Source: an uncultured Acidobacteriota bacterium (GTDB lineage: Bacteria; Acidobacteriota; Blastocatellia; RBC074). From it: DNA of 64,000 nt. Below are positions 10,048 to 20,321 of this stretch, piece after piece (the first letter of the stretch is position 1; every line of letters starts with the position of its first letter). The notes under the pieces are model-generated. The model was not told where the DNA came from, ran no database searches, and saw nothing but the letters and a program-made list of their open reading frames with translations. The position numbers and the translations under genes are program-made. The stretch lies in NCBI GenBank assembly GCA_963796275.1, contig CAWCKY010000006.1, positions 1,024,001 through 1,088,000 of the forward strand, in the 5' to 3' direction.

Positions 10048-10740
10048 TTGGAGTTCCGCGTTTACGCGGTCTTTATAATTTCGGATGATTTCCAGACCGC
10101 CTGAAGGCGGAACTCCCAACATCGCGTTTGGAGTTCCGCGTTTACGCGGTCTTTATAATTTCGGATGATTTCCAGACCGCCTGAAGGCGGAACTCCCAAC
10201 ATCGCGTTTGGAGTTCCGCGTTTACGCGGTCTTATAATTTCGGATGATTTCCAGACCGCTTGAAGGCGGAACTCCCAACATCGCGTTTGGAGTTCCGCGT
10301 TTACGCGGTCTTATAATTTCGGATGATTTCCAGACCGCCTGAAGGCGGAACTCCCAACATCGCGTTTGGAGTTCCGCGTTTACGCGGTCTTATAATTTCG
10401 GATGATTTCCAGACCGCCTGAAGGCGGAACTCCCAACATCGCGTTTGGAGTTCCGCGTTTACGCGGTCTTATAATTTCGGATGATTTCCCGACCGCCTGA
10501 AGGCGGAACTCCCAACATCGCGTTTGGAGTTCCGCGTTTACGCGGTCTTATAATTTCGGATGATTTCCAGACCGCCTGAAGGCGGAACTCCCAACATCGC
10601 GTTTGGAGTTCCGCGTTTACGCGGTCTTATAATTTCGGATGATTTCCAGACCGCCTGTAGGCGGAACTCCCAACTCGTAACTCCCAACTCGTAACTCCAA
10701 ATCTTTCTAAACTCCACCGCCTGAAGGCGGAACTTCAAAC
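10048..10740. repeat. Tandem array of eight 79-80 bp REP-doublet units (BIME/REPIN-like) plus a trailing half unit
   Basis: Units start at 10048, 10128, 10208, 10287, 10366, 10445, 10524 and 10603; each is GGAGTTCCGCG-TTTA-CGCGG + linker + CCGCC-TGAA-GGCGGAACTCC; linkers near-identical. Confidence 0.9.
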
Positions 10741-10895
10741 TCCAGACTCTATTCTATTGGATCTACTGGATCGGGTGTAACTTCTTGTTAAATTTGTGCC
10801 ACAAACCAGTAACCTGATCCTGAATTATCACGTACATGGGTGTACTCACTGAGAAATCGCCAATTGATTTCTTCAGAGGGGTATCCTCCTGTAGA

Positions 10896-10930
10896 GCCGC
10901 TCAGATAGGACGAAATCTGAGCGGCCATTT
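10896..10930 (+). terminator. GC-rich hairpin followed by a T-run (intrinsic terminator or GTAG-REP singlet)
   Basis: GCCGCTCAGAT-8nt-ATCTGAGCGGC then CATTTTT; preceded by GTAG. Confidence 0.45.
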
Positions 10931-11093
10931 TTATAAGACCTGGCTTTAAAAAAGTGTCCCGCTTGTTGTATCATTTGGATAAGTTTCACACGGATTTATT
11001 ACCCCCTGCGCATCAGAGTGTGATATTCGAGATGCAGGGGGAAAAGATTTATCAGGGCGACGTTTGGTTGCCAACTCTAAGGAGCCTATATAG

Positions 11094-12407
11094 ATGTCAA
11101 TTCGCAGCAAGCTTACGCTGGTCACGCTCTCTGCATTTATAGCCATTTACTCTATTGTAGGTGGGATGCTATCCCGATCGAACAATTCGTTCGTGAGAGC
11201 AATCGCTCAGCCGGGCCCATATCCGCAACTCCGGATTTTCGAAGAAGTCGTCCGGCACATCGTCAATGATTATGTAGAAAAGCCCGACCTCGAGAAGGTT
11301 CGGATCGGCGCACTGCGCGGTTTGACGGATGGGCTCGACCCATACAGCGCGTACCTGCTGCCGCCTCAGGTCAAAGATTACCAGGCCAATAAGGATAAAG
11401 GCGATACCACGGGAATGGTCATCGGTCAATATTCCGGCTTCGCTTATGTGATCGCGATCGTGCCCGGTTCGCCGGCTGATAAAGCGGGCATCCGCGTGGG
11501 CGATGTGATCGAGTACATCGACGGGCACGCGACCCGCGACCTCGATCTCTATGACGTAAAGTTGCTATTGATGGGCGCGCCCGGGTCGAGCGTCGAATTG
11601 ACATTGATCAATAGAAAGACGGAGAAGCTCAAGCTGCTGCGCGGCAACGTTGCGCCGGCTCAGGCAGAGAGCCGTCTGATTGAATCGCAGATCGGTTATG
11701 TCAAAGTCCCCATACTGAACAAGGGGCAGGCGGCAACAGTCGGGACTGCGATCAAGGATGTGATAAAGAAAGGCGCAAAATCGATCATTCTGGATCTGCG
11801 CGATTCGGCCGGCGGAGAATTGAATGAAGGCGTATCCGTCGCCGATTTCTTCATCAAGACGGGCACAATTTCTAAGACGATCGGACGCAAGGATAAGATA
11901 GTCGCGACGCACGAGGCGATGGCGGATAACGATCTGACCGAGCTTCCGGTCGCTGTGATCATCGACAAAACCACGGCTGGAGCGTCCGAGGTTGTCGCCG
12001 CCGCAATTATGGAAAACAAGCGCGGCGAGGTCATCGGCGAGCGGACATTGTTTGGCATGGGTTCCGAGCAGCAGCTCTTTCCACTCGATGATGGTTCGGC
12101 GCTCTTGTTGACGACGGCTCGTTTCGCGGCACCATCAGGCAAAATTTTTATGACGGACGGTGTGACGCCGAGCGTTGAAGTTAAACGCGCTGACCTGGCT
12201 GAAGTTGCGACTACTGATGATAACGACGATAACAGGCAGCAGAATCAGCAGCGAACTCCCGCCCAGCCGCAACCCGGCGGGGCAGGGGCAGGTACAGGAG
12301 CGCCGCCGCCGGTCGTGGTCGCGCCGAAACCGTCCGATGATCTGATGCTCAAGAAAGCAATCGAAGTTCTTACCAGCGGCGCAAAAGTTAAGCGCCGCGC
12401 CGCATAG
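11094..12407 (+). CDS. S41 (CtpA/Prc) tail-specific protease homologue with PDZ domain, catalytic residues substituted
   Basis: LDPYSAYL, PDZ motif GSPADKAGIRVGDVI, IILDLR, TAGASE, FGMG. Confidence 0.85.
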   Translation: MSIRSKLTLVTLSAFIAIYSIVGGMLSRSNNSFVRAIAQPGPYPQLRIFEEVVRHIVNDYVEKPDLEKVRIGALRGLTDGLDPYSAYLLPPQVKDYQANKDKGDTTGMVIGQYSGFAYVIAIVPGSPADKAGIRVGDVIEYIDGHATRDLDLYDVKLLLMGAPGSSVELTLINRKTEKLKLLRGNVAPAQAESRLIESQIGYVKVPILNKGQAATVGTAIKDVIKKGAKSIILDLRDSAGGELNEGVSVADFFIKTGTISKTIGRKDKIVATHEAMADNDLTELPVAVIIDKTTAGASEVVAAAIMENKRGEVIGERTLFGMGSEQQLFPLDDGSALLLTTARFAAPSGKIFMTDGVTPSVEVKRADLAEVATTDDNDDNRQQNQQRTPAQPQPGGAGAGTGAPPPVVVAPKPSDDLMLKKAIEVLTSGAKVKRRAA

Positions 12408-12506
12408 TTGCATTCTCCTCCTCTTCTATCGTTTGGCGGAACCTGCTGAAGTTTGCCGGTCCCGCCATTTCTTTTGATAGCTGTCAATTTTCCCTCGCTC
12501 GAGCTT

Positions 12507-14054
12507 TTAGAGAGGGATATTCCCATGCTTGCGCGGAGGGTTTGTGTCGCGTTTGTTCTCCAGTAGCTTCAATGCGCGAATCAGTTTCCTGCGTGTGTGC
12601 TTCGGTTCGATCACCTCGTCAATAAAGCCCCGCTCGGCGGCCGAATAGGGCGAGGCGAATTTCTCTTCATATTCCGCGATCTTTTCGCGGCGCGCCGCTT
12701 CGGGATCTCCGGCCTGGGCGATCTCACGCCGGTACAGTATCCCAACGGCTCCCTCGGCTCCCATCACTGCGATCTCCGCCGTCGGATAAGCGAAGTTGAT
12801 GTCGGTGCGAATGTGCTTCGAGCCCATCACGCAATAGGCGCCGCCGTAAGCTTTGCGCGTGACGACTGTGATCTTCGGCACCGTCGCCTCTGCGAAGGCA
12901 TATAGGAGTTTGGCGCCATGACGGATTATGCCGCCGTACTCCTGGTTGACGCCGGGAAGAAATCCTGGGACATCTTCAAAGGTTATGATCGGGATATTGA
13001 AACAATCGCAGAACCGCACAAAACGCGCGCCTTTGACGCTCGCGTCGATATCGAGCACGCCCGCCAGAAATGCCGGCTGGTTGGCGACGATCCCGACCGG
13101 CCGCCCGTTCAATCGCGCAAAGCCGATGACGATATTGCGCGCGTAATGCTCCTGGATTTCAAAGAAGTAGCCGTTGTCGACGACCGCCTCGATGATGCGA
13201 CGGATGTCGTACGGTTTGTTCGATTCCGGCGGGACGATTGTGTTAAGTGAATCATCGGCGCGTTCAATCGGATCATCGCAGATGATCTGCGGCGGATCGT
13301 CGAGGTTATTCGAGGGGATGAATGAGAGCAGTTCGCGGATCAAACGCAGGCAGTCTTCCTCATTCTCCGCCGCGAAGTGCGCCACGCCGCTGGTCTGATT
13401 ATGCGTCATTGCGCCACCGAGCTCCTCTTTTGTCACCTCCTCATGCGTAACCGTTTTGATGACATCCGGGCCGGTGATGAACATATAACTGGTGTTCTTT
13501 ACCATCACGGTGAAGTCGGTGATCGCCGGCGAGTAGACGGCTCCGCCCGCGCACGGCCCCATGATCGCCGAAATTTGCGGCACGACGCCCGAAGCCAGTG
13601 TGTTGCGCAAGAAGATGTCGGCATAGCCTCCGAGCGATGCCACGCCTTCCTGAATCCGCGCCCCTCCGGAATCGTTCAACCCTATGATGGGTGCGCCGAC
13701 CTTCATCGCCAGGTCCATAACCTTGCAGACTTTCGCCGCATTCGTCTCGGAGAGCGATCCGCCGAAAATTGTGAAGTCCTGTGCGAACACGAAGACCTCG
13801 CGCCTATCGATCAGACCGTGTCCCGTGACAAAGCCGTCACCGGGATACATCTGAGATTGCATGCCGAAATCTTGACAGCGATGCGTCTTCAATTTGTCGA
13901 ATTCTTCAAATGTGCCGTCATCGAGGAGAAATTCGATTCGTTCGCGCGCGGTCATCTTCCCCTCAGAGTGCTGGCGAGTGATCCGGTCGCTTCCGCCGCC
14001 GGATTCGGCCGCTACGTTCTTTTCTTCCAGTAATTTGAGTTTCTTTTCGATCAT
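12507..14054 (-). CDS. pccB: Acyl-CoA (propionyl-/methylmalonyl-CoA) carboxyltransferase beta subunit
   Basis: [54 protein letters not shown] terminus; start placed at ATG 14054. Confidence 0.92.
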   Translation of the reverse strand: MIEKKLKLLEEKNVAAESGGGSDRITRQHSEGKMTARERIEFLLDDGTFEEFDKLKTHRCQDFGMQSQMYPGDGFVTGHGLIDRREVFVFAQDFTIFGGSLSETNAAKVCKVMDLAMKVGAPIIGLNDSGGARIQEGVASLGGYADIFLRNTLASGVVPQISAIMGPCAGGAVYSPAITDFTVMVKNTSYMFITGPDVIKTVTHEEVTKEELGGAMTHNQTSGVAHFAAENEEDCLRLIRELLSFIPSNNLDDPPQIICDDPIERADDSLNTIVPPESNKPYDIRRIIEAVVDNGYFFEIQEHYARNIVIGFARLNGRPVGIVANQPAFLAGVLDIDASVKGARFVRFCDCFNIPIITFEDVPGFLPGVNQEYGGIIRHGAKLLYAFAEATVPKITVVTRKAYGGAYCVMGSKHIRTDINFAYPTAEIAVMGAEGAVGILYRREIAQAGDPEAARREKIAEYEEKFASPYSAAERGFIDEVIEPKHTRRKLIRALKLLENKRDTNPPRKHGNIPL

Positions 14055-14072
14055 AGCAGGATAGAAGTGGAT

Positions 14073-14192
14073 AATTGATAATGGATAATCGATAATTGAT
14101 AATTGAAAAGCGGGTAGTGAAGCGGATTGTAAAAGGGCTTGCCTCAACCTGCCTGCTACCCATTATCAATTATCGATTACCCATTATCAATT
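14073..14192. repeat. 31-bp inverted repeat built from 7-bp units
   Basis: AATTGATAATGGATAATCGATAATTGATAAT (14073-14103) matches the reverse complement of ATTATCAATTATCGATTACCCATTATCAATT (14162-14192) with 1 mismatch. Confidence 0.8.
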
Positions 14193-14196
14193 CTCT

Positions 14197-16356
14197 ATGA
14201 TCTCTCGGTGGCATCGATTTTTCATTTACCTGAATTACGCCTACCTGCTGCGATTCCCGCTAATGACCGCCGGTTTCCTCATAGTTTTTCCTTACATTGC
14301 CATTGGCACCGGCGCGGCACCGCTGCTCGAGAACCTCTTCGATCTCGAATCCACGGATATCCTTTTCGTTGCGCTCACGGCGTTTCTGGCGGCCTGGAGC
14401 GTTATGATTACATCGCGGCTGGTTCTGCTCTATTGTCATAAACGCTTTCGCGTCCCGCGCACAAATATCAGTACCCATCTCCGGAGGAAGCATATATTTC
14501 TCTTCGGGCTATTGGCCTTGCCGGCGATTATCGGTATCTATTGGGAGATCGTATCGAATTGGCAATACACGCCGGGAGGAGAAAGATGGATAAGCATGAT
14601 TGCGCCGTTGCCCGGTTTTCTGCTCGCGTTGCTGCTCCTCCGGATCGCCGGATGGCTGCAAATGCGGCTCAACAGCCCCGCGACGAATGATGAGGCGCCC
14701 GACCTGCTCACTCCATCAAATCCCATAATGCTAAAGGGCGCACTCGAGCGGGCGAAGAAGGCGGGACCGATATATACTCCTTCGGGCCGGCTGGCCGGCG
14801 TATTCAAATCTATTCCGCTCTATTTCGGCCGCGGGTATATAAACTATCGGGCGGACGAGTCAGTGCGATTCCCCCTCCTGCCCGGGCACGGAATGGCGGT
14901 TGCCATGCTGGTGACTTTCCTGGCGGTCTACGCCATTGTGGGAGCATTGGGATCACCCTGGTGGCGGCGTTTAGATTTTCCCTCGCTGGCTTATGTCCTG
15001 TTACTGGTCACGCTGCTTAATTGGGCGTTTTCAGGCATTGCATTCTTCTGCGATCGCTACTACGTGCCGGTGCTCGTCTCGATAGCTGTGCTTTTGGTGA
15101 CGAGTTCACTGTTCTTCTCGCGGTCCGACAGTTATTACTTCGTTTATTCGAAAGACCCCGGCAAAAGCGTGGGAGACTTGCCTCCCGAGAAAGTCATTCT
15201 CCCGCTCGCAAATGGCAAGATCGTTCTCGTCGCGACCAGCGGCGGGGGCATTCAGTCGGCAGCCTGGACGGCGCGCGTATTGACAGGTCTTGAACTGGCG
15301 TGTCGAAACACCTCCGATTGCGGAGGACGCAGCTTCGGCAGATCGATCCGTCTCATCAGCGCCGTCTCGGGTGGCAGCGTGGGCGCGATGTATTTCGCCA
15401 ATGCCTATAAGAGCGACGGTAATCTGCCGCCCGAGGTGGACGGACTTAACGAGGTCGTCAGGCTGGCAGAGCGTTCCAGCTTGGATGGTGTCGCGTGGGG
15501 AATGATCTATCCCGATTTTTTACGCACCGCATTCCCATTCTTTTCTCACTTCCCCTACTTGTGGGAGACGGATCGCGGCAGGGCACTGGAGTTCGAATGG
15601 AAGAGAGGTACGCAGCTCAACGTCATGCTCTCCGACTGGCGCAGAGATGTGGGAGAGGGAAGGCGTCCCGCGACCGTCTTCAATGCGACGATCGCAGAGG
15701 CGGGGCAGCCGCTTCTCTTTTCAACGGTCGATCACGTGAGGAGGCAAACCACGAGCAAAAGCTTCCATTCCATGTATGACGGTTACGACATTCCGGTCGC
15801 CACAGCGGTTCGCTTGTCATCGAGCTTCCCCTACGTCACACCGGCAGCGCGCGCATACTTCATCGATAAAGACGATGATTCGGAGCCGCAATACCACGTA
15901 GTCGATGGCGGTTATTATGACAACTACGGCATTGCCACTCTGGTCGAATGGCTGGATGCGGCGCTCGAGAAATGCGGGAGGGATGTCAAAGAAGTGATGG
16001 TGATCAGAATCCACGGCTCTCCGGCCGATGGCGAGACGGCCCCGGAAGGTGACCGCGGGTTTTTTTATCAGGTTGCGGCCCCCGTCTCCACACTCAACAG
16101 CGTCCGTGGCGCAGGCCAGCTCTCCCACAGCAGAGTGGAAATCGATTTACTGAAAAGAAGTTGGGGAGATAAGGGGATATCGATCGAATCAGCGACCTTC
16201 GAATTTCCGCGAAGCGATGACCCCGACGAAGCGCCGCCGCTTTCGTGGCATCTCTCGGAAAAGCAGAAGAAGGCGATCGAGAATGCCTGGCAGGTTGAAT
16301 ATGTTGATAATCCGCAGAGCGAGATCGGAAAGGTGAAGCGGTTTCTCGCCAGATAA
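14197..16356 (+). CDS. Multi-pass membrane protein with C-terminal patatin-like phospholipase domain
   Basis: Many N-terminal TM segments; SGGGIQSA oxyanion motif, AVSGGS nucleophile, VDGGYYDN catalytic Asp motif. Confidence 0.8.
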   Translation: MISRWHRFFIYLNYAYLLRFPLMTAGFLIVFPYIAIGTGAAPLLENLFDLESTDILFVALTAFLAAWSVMITSRLVLLYCHKRFRVPRTNISTHLRRKHIFLFGLLALPAIIGIYWEIVSNWQYTPGGERWISMIAPLPGFLLALLLLRIAGWLQMRLNSPATNDEAPDLLTPSNPIMLKGALERAKKAGPIYTPSGRLAGVFKSIPLYFGRGYINYRADESVRFPLLPGHGMAVAMLVTFLAVYAIVGALGSPWWRRLDFPSLAYVLLLVTLLNWAFSGIAFFCDRYYVPVLVSIAVLLVTSSLFFSRSDSYYFVYSKDPGKSVGDLPPEKVILPLANGKIVLVATSGGGIQSAAWTARVLTGLELACRNTSDCGGRSFGRSIRLISAVSGGSVGAMYFANAYKSDGNLPPEVDGLNEVVRLAERSSLDGVAWGMIYPDFLRTAFPFFSHFPYLWETDRGRALEFEWKRGTQLNVMLSDWRRDVGEGRRPATVFNATIAEAGQPLLFSTVDHVRRQTTSKSFHSMYDGYDIPVATAVRLSSSFPYVTPAARAYFIDKDDDSEPQYHVVDGGYYDNYGIATLVEWLDAALEKCGRDVKEVMVIRIHGSPADGETAPEGDRGFFYQVAAPVSTLNSVRGAGQLSHSRVEIDLLKRSWGDKGISIESATFEFPRSDDPDEAPPLSWHLSEKQKKAIENAWQVEYVDNPQSEIGKVKRFLAR

Positions 16357-16384
16357 GCTGACAGCCAGGCGTGAGATTTCTGAC

Positions 16385-16819
16385 TCATTTTAATGCCGCC
16401 ATGATGTGGGGCGTGAGTATGATGAGCCGGTCGTGCAAGTATTCAAGGAACATCCCGAAGGCGAACCAAAGAGGGAAGAAGTCCCAGCGGATAAGCCCGT
16501 GTAGATTATATCGGTTATCCTCATAACTCCACGGGCAAGCGCCCAGCGCCTGCCGCAGCATCCGTCCCGCGCTATATTCCACTATCCAGAAACAACAAAC
16601 ATATATCGTTCCGCGCACAAACCATGGCGAGGTGCGCATTGCGTCGTGGAGCGGTTCGAAGAGCGGGGCAATCATGCCATAGAGAGGAAAGCTCCACAGA
16701 TAGGATTGCCCGCGTAGACTCCAGTTCTTCTCCTTGCCTTCCCACCTGTGCAAAATGGCCGAAACGATAACCTCAGCGCAAAGGCCCAAAAAACCATATA
16801 TGATGAATCGTATGAACAT
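16385..16819 (-). CDS. Small membrane protein (CmpB/TMEM229-like family)
   Basis: YGFLG..EV, SYLWSFPLYG, EYSAG, CPWSY, GLIRWDFFPLWF pattern; start placed at ATG 16819. Confidence 0.7.
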   Translation of the reverse strand: MFIRFIIYGFLGLCAEVIVSAILHRWEGKEKNWSLRGQSYLWSFPLYGMIAPLFEPLHDAMRTSPWFVRGTIYVCCFWIVEYSAGRMLRQALGACPWSYEDNRYNLHGLIRWDFFPLWFAFGMFLEYLHDRLIILTPHIMAALK

Positions 16820-17007
16820 GTTTAACAGCAGCTTTTGCAGTCCGATACACTGTTGTGTAGCCAACGGGGGCTCACATTTCAACATTCCTCCCTCAAAGAA
16901 CGAATATTAAGTCATAACTTTTGCCTTTTGATTTCTTCTCCATTTAAAATTCTATCTCTGAGGCCTGCATTTAAGCTCTCCTCCTTCGACGATGATCAGG
17001 AAAATTT

Positions 17008-19398
17008 ATGGACTGCGTCAAAGGAAAGGCTGCATTTTTTCTGAGCTTGATAATCCTATTCGCCAGTTTCAATGGTAAAGCTCAGACATCTTATCAAAAG
17101 CCGCCCAAAATCATTCAAGATATTCTAAACGCGCCGGCTACCCCGCTCATCTCGGTTAGCCCGGCCCGCGATCGAATTTTGCTTATCGAAACCCCGAATT
17201 ATCCGTCTATCGCTGATCTGTCCGAGCCGATGTTGCGCCTGGCCGGATTACGTATAAATCCCGAAACAAACGGCCCGCATAGTTCGATGCGAGTAATCGG
17301 TCTCACGCTCAAAAAAATCGACAGCGGCGGGGAGATGAAGATCAGAGTGCCCGCACAGCCTCGGATGAGCATCCCCACATGGTCGCCGGACGGGAAGTAT
17401 TTTGCCTTCTCAAACACCGTCACGACCGGGGCAGCCGGCGTTCAACTGTTGATCGGAGATTCGTCTACTGGCGTGGTTCGTCATATACCGGAGTTGGCGC
17501 TCAATGGTGCTTATGCCGATCCGGTGCGATGGATGCCCGATGGCCGAACGCTGGTTTGTCTGACAGTCGTCCCCGGACGCGGTGGTCCTCCCGTAAAATC
17601 ATGGCAGGCCCCGAATATCCGTGAAAGCTATGGCAGGCCGATGCAGGTGCGAGTCCATCAAGACTTGTTGCAGAGCCAGCACGACGAAGCGCTCTTCGAA
17701 TACTATGCGACTTCACAGATTGTCCTGGTCGATACTCTCACTGCCAGAATGGCGAGCGTCGGTGAACCTGCGATCATCTCATCTGTCGAGCCATCCCCCG
17801 ACGGCGAACATCTGTTGGTCGTAACGAACCACAAACCCTATTCACACGCTCTGCCCGCTTCCGCCTTCCCCAGGGAGATTGAGGTCTGGGGGCTGACGGG
17901 AAAGGTCGAATTCAAACTGGCAGGATCGCCACTCTCGGACAGTGTGCCGATCCTTGGCGTTCCGGCAGGGCCGCGCAACTATGGTTGGCGCCCCACTGAA
18001 CCTGCGACTCTCGTCTGGGTCGAGGCGTTGGATGGCGGTGACCCGAAGAAAAAAGCGCCCCACCGCGATCGCATCCTGATGCTCGCCGCGCCCTTCAAAA
18101 GCCCGACGGTCGAGATAGCCAAGACCGACTTGCGCTTCCTGCGCATAATCTGGGGCGAGAAGGACGGGCTTGCCATCATCTTCGACGGGGAAAACGACAG
18201 AGTGCGGACCATTCTGATCAATGCGGATGATCGATTTATTCAGCCGCGGGTTTTCGGGAGCCACTCAATGATCGACCGCAACGGTTATCCGGGAGACCCT
18301 GTGATGAAAGGGTTGCCGAACGGTCAGAAAGTTGTCTTGCAATACGGCGACTATATCTACCTCAGGGGCGAGGGGGCCGTTCGCCCGTTCCTGGTTCGGT
18401 ACAACCTGAAGACTTTAAAGAGCGAGATGCTGTTCAAATCCGATGAGCAGAGTTACGAAAGCGTTGTCGAGCTGTTGGAAGACGACGCTTCGCGATACAT
18501 CACCCGCTATGAGTCGCCGCGCGACCCGCCGAATTACTTCATCCGGACATCGGGCGACGCTCGAAGAGCATTGACTTTCTTCCGCCTTCCGAATGTTTCG
18601 CTAGGAAGGATCAGGAAACAGGTAGTGACTTACCAACGCGATGATGGCCAGAAGCTCTCGTTCACGCTCTATTTGCCGCCCGCTTACAAGGAAGGAGTTC
18701 GTTTACCGACGGTATTCTGGGCGTACCCGCACGAATTTGCGGATGCCGGAAAGGCCGGCCAGGTTTCCGGATCGACCAACCGGTTTACGTTTATCCGCGG
18801 CCCCTCGCATCTCTTCTTCGCCCTGCTGGGATATGCGGTGCTGGATGGCTCCAACCTGCCAATCGTCGGGAAAGATCTGCAGACAGTCAACGACACTTAT
18901 ATCGAACAGATCGTCGCCGGAGCTGAAGCCGCGATCAACAAGGCCGTAGAACTGGGGGTGACGGACAGAAACCGCGTCGGCGTGGGCGGGCATAGTTATG
19001 GAGCTTTTATGGCGGTCAACCTGCTCGCGCATTCCGATCTTTTTAAAGCGGGCATAGCGCGGAGCGGAGCCTACAACCGCACGCTCACGCCCTTCGGGTT
19101 TCAGAATGAACGCCGGACGTTATGGGAAGCCCCGGAGATGTACCTCAAAGTCTCGCCGTTTATGATCGCCCACAAGATCAAGGAATCGCTCCTGCTGATA
19201 CACGGCGAGGACGACGATAATGTCGCTTCGTCACAGAGCGAGCGGTTGTACCAGGCGATCGAGGGGAATGGCGGCAATGTGCGGTACGTATCACTGCCCT
19301 TCGAATCGCACGGTTACGAAGCGCGTGAATCGGTGGAACACGTTTTGTATGAGATGATTAACTGGTTCGATAAACACCTCAAAGGTGAACGCCGTTAA
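17008..19398 (+). CDS. S9 family (prolyl oligopeptidase-like) serine peptidase
   Basis: Signal peptide; beta-propeller WSPDG repeats; GGHSYGAFM, ARSGAYNRTLTPFGFQNE, LIHGEDD, ESHGY triad motifs. Confidence 0.9.
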   Translation: MDCVKGKAAFFLSLIILFASFNGKAQTSYQKPPKIIQDILNAPATPLISVSPARDRILLIETPNYPSIADLSEPMLRLAGLRINPETNGPHSSMRVIGLTLKKIDSGGEMKIRVPAQPRMSIPTWSPDGKYFAFSNTVTTGAAGVQLLIGDSSTGVVRHIPELALNGAYADPVRWMPDGRTLVCLTVVPGRGGPPVKSWQAPNIRESYGRPMQVRVHQDLLQSQHDEALFEYYATSQIVLVDTLTARMASVGEPAIISSVEPSPDGEHLLVVTNHKPYSHALPASAFPREIEVWGLTGKVEFKLAGSPLSDSVPILGVPAGPRNYGWRPTEPATLVWVEALDGGDPKKKAPHRDRILMLAAPFKSPTVEIAKTDLRFLRIIWGEKDGLAIIFDGENDRVRTILINADDRFIQPRVFGSHSMIDRNGYPGDPVMKGLPNGQKVVLQYGDYIYLRGEGAVRPFLVRYNLKTLKSEMLFKSDEQSYESVVELLEDDASRYITRYESPRDPPNYFIRTSGDARRALTFFRLPNVSLGRIRKQVVTYQRDDGQKLSFTLYLPPAYKEGVRLPTVFWAYPHEFADAGKAGQVSGSTNRFTFIRGPSHLFFALLGYAVLDGSNLPIVGKDLQTVNDTYIEQIVAGAEAAINKAVELGVTDRNRVGVGGHSYGAFMAVNLLAHSDLFKAGIARSGAYNRTLTPFGFQNERRTLWEAPEMYLKVSPFMIAHKIKESLLLIHGEDDDNVASSQSERLYQAIEGNGGNVRYVSLPFESHGYEARESVEHVLYEMINWFDKHLKGERR

Positions 19399-19538
19399 TT
19401 AAATTTGCACGTCCTTGAATTATTTGCTTGACGGCCGCGCATCATCCACGATATATCAAAATCGCCATAACAGTGCCTTATCACGTATTTGATCACTGAT
19501 ATGGCAGTCTCCTTACCTTCCCAGCGGAGATGAGATAG

Positions 19539-20321
19539 ATGAGAGTTGGTACTGGTGGAACGGTCAGTCAGATAATCCGAATTCTCCTCGTCGAAAATCA
19601 GACAATAGTTCGAGCAGGTCTTAAATTAATCCTTGAGAGCCAATCCGGTTTGAACGTTGTGGCAGAGGCCTCGACTTGCTCTGAAGCAGTCGCCGCGGCG
19701 GAGCAGTCGCAACCGGATGTAGTCTTGCTTGATCTGGATACTGATGGAGAGATCGGACATGACTGTCTGATAGAGATACTTAGAGCTGTACCTCAGACGC
19801 GAGTTCTTGTCCTCACTGGAGTTGGGGATCTCGAAATGCATTATGAGGCTATTTACAACGGCGCGATGGGATTGGTGCGCAAACTCGAGCCGGCGGAAGT
19901 ATTGCTGCGGGCGATCAGAAAAGTCTATGCCGATGAGGTCTGGCTCGACGGTGTTCTCATGGCCCGCCTGCTGCGCGAGTTTAGGAGCGCTCGCGCCATC
20001 CAGCCGCCCATCGAAATAATAAGTAACGGGACTTCCCACGCGAAGCCCGAACGATATCGGGAAGACAAACCACGATCGATCTCCTATAAAACTACACCCG
20101 AAGAGGCGGTGAAGATTTCCCAGCTCACCGATCGCGAACGCGAAGTGGTGATGTTAGTCGGAGAAGGCTTGCGCAATCAGCAGATCGCCGACCGGCTTTT
20201 CATCAGCGTCATCACCGTCCGCCATCACATCTCTTCGGTCTTCTCGAAACTGGAACTCAAAGACCGCTTCGAACTAGCCATTTATGCCTACCGTCATGGC
20301 CTCGCTCGCTTACCTCTCTGA
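19539..20321 (+). CDS. NarL/LuxR-family response regulator
   Basis: REC domain (PDVVLLDL, VLVLT) plus LuxR HTH LTDREREVV...GLRNQQIADRLFISVITVRHH. Confidence 0.9.
   Translation: MRVGTGGTVSQIIRILLVENQTIVRAGLKLILESQSGLNVVAEASTCSEAVAAAEQSQPDVVLLDLDTDGEIGHDCLIEILRAVPQTRVLVLTGVGDLEMHYEAIYNGAMGLVRKLEPAEVLLRAIRKVYADEVWLDGVLMARLLREFRSARAIQPPIEIISNGTSHAKPERYREDKPRSISYKTTPEEAVKISQLTDREREVVMLVGEGLRNQQIADRLFISVITVRHHISSVFSKLELKDRFELAIYAYRHGLARLPL

Noticed and set aside
10048-10740. CRISPR array
   Set aside because: The sequence between palindromes is essentially identical in every unit (no unique spacers), and no cas genes are nearby.
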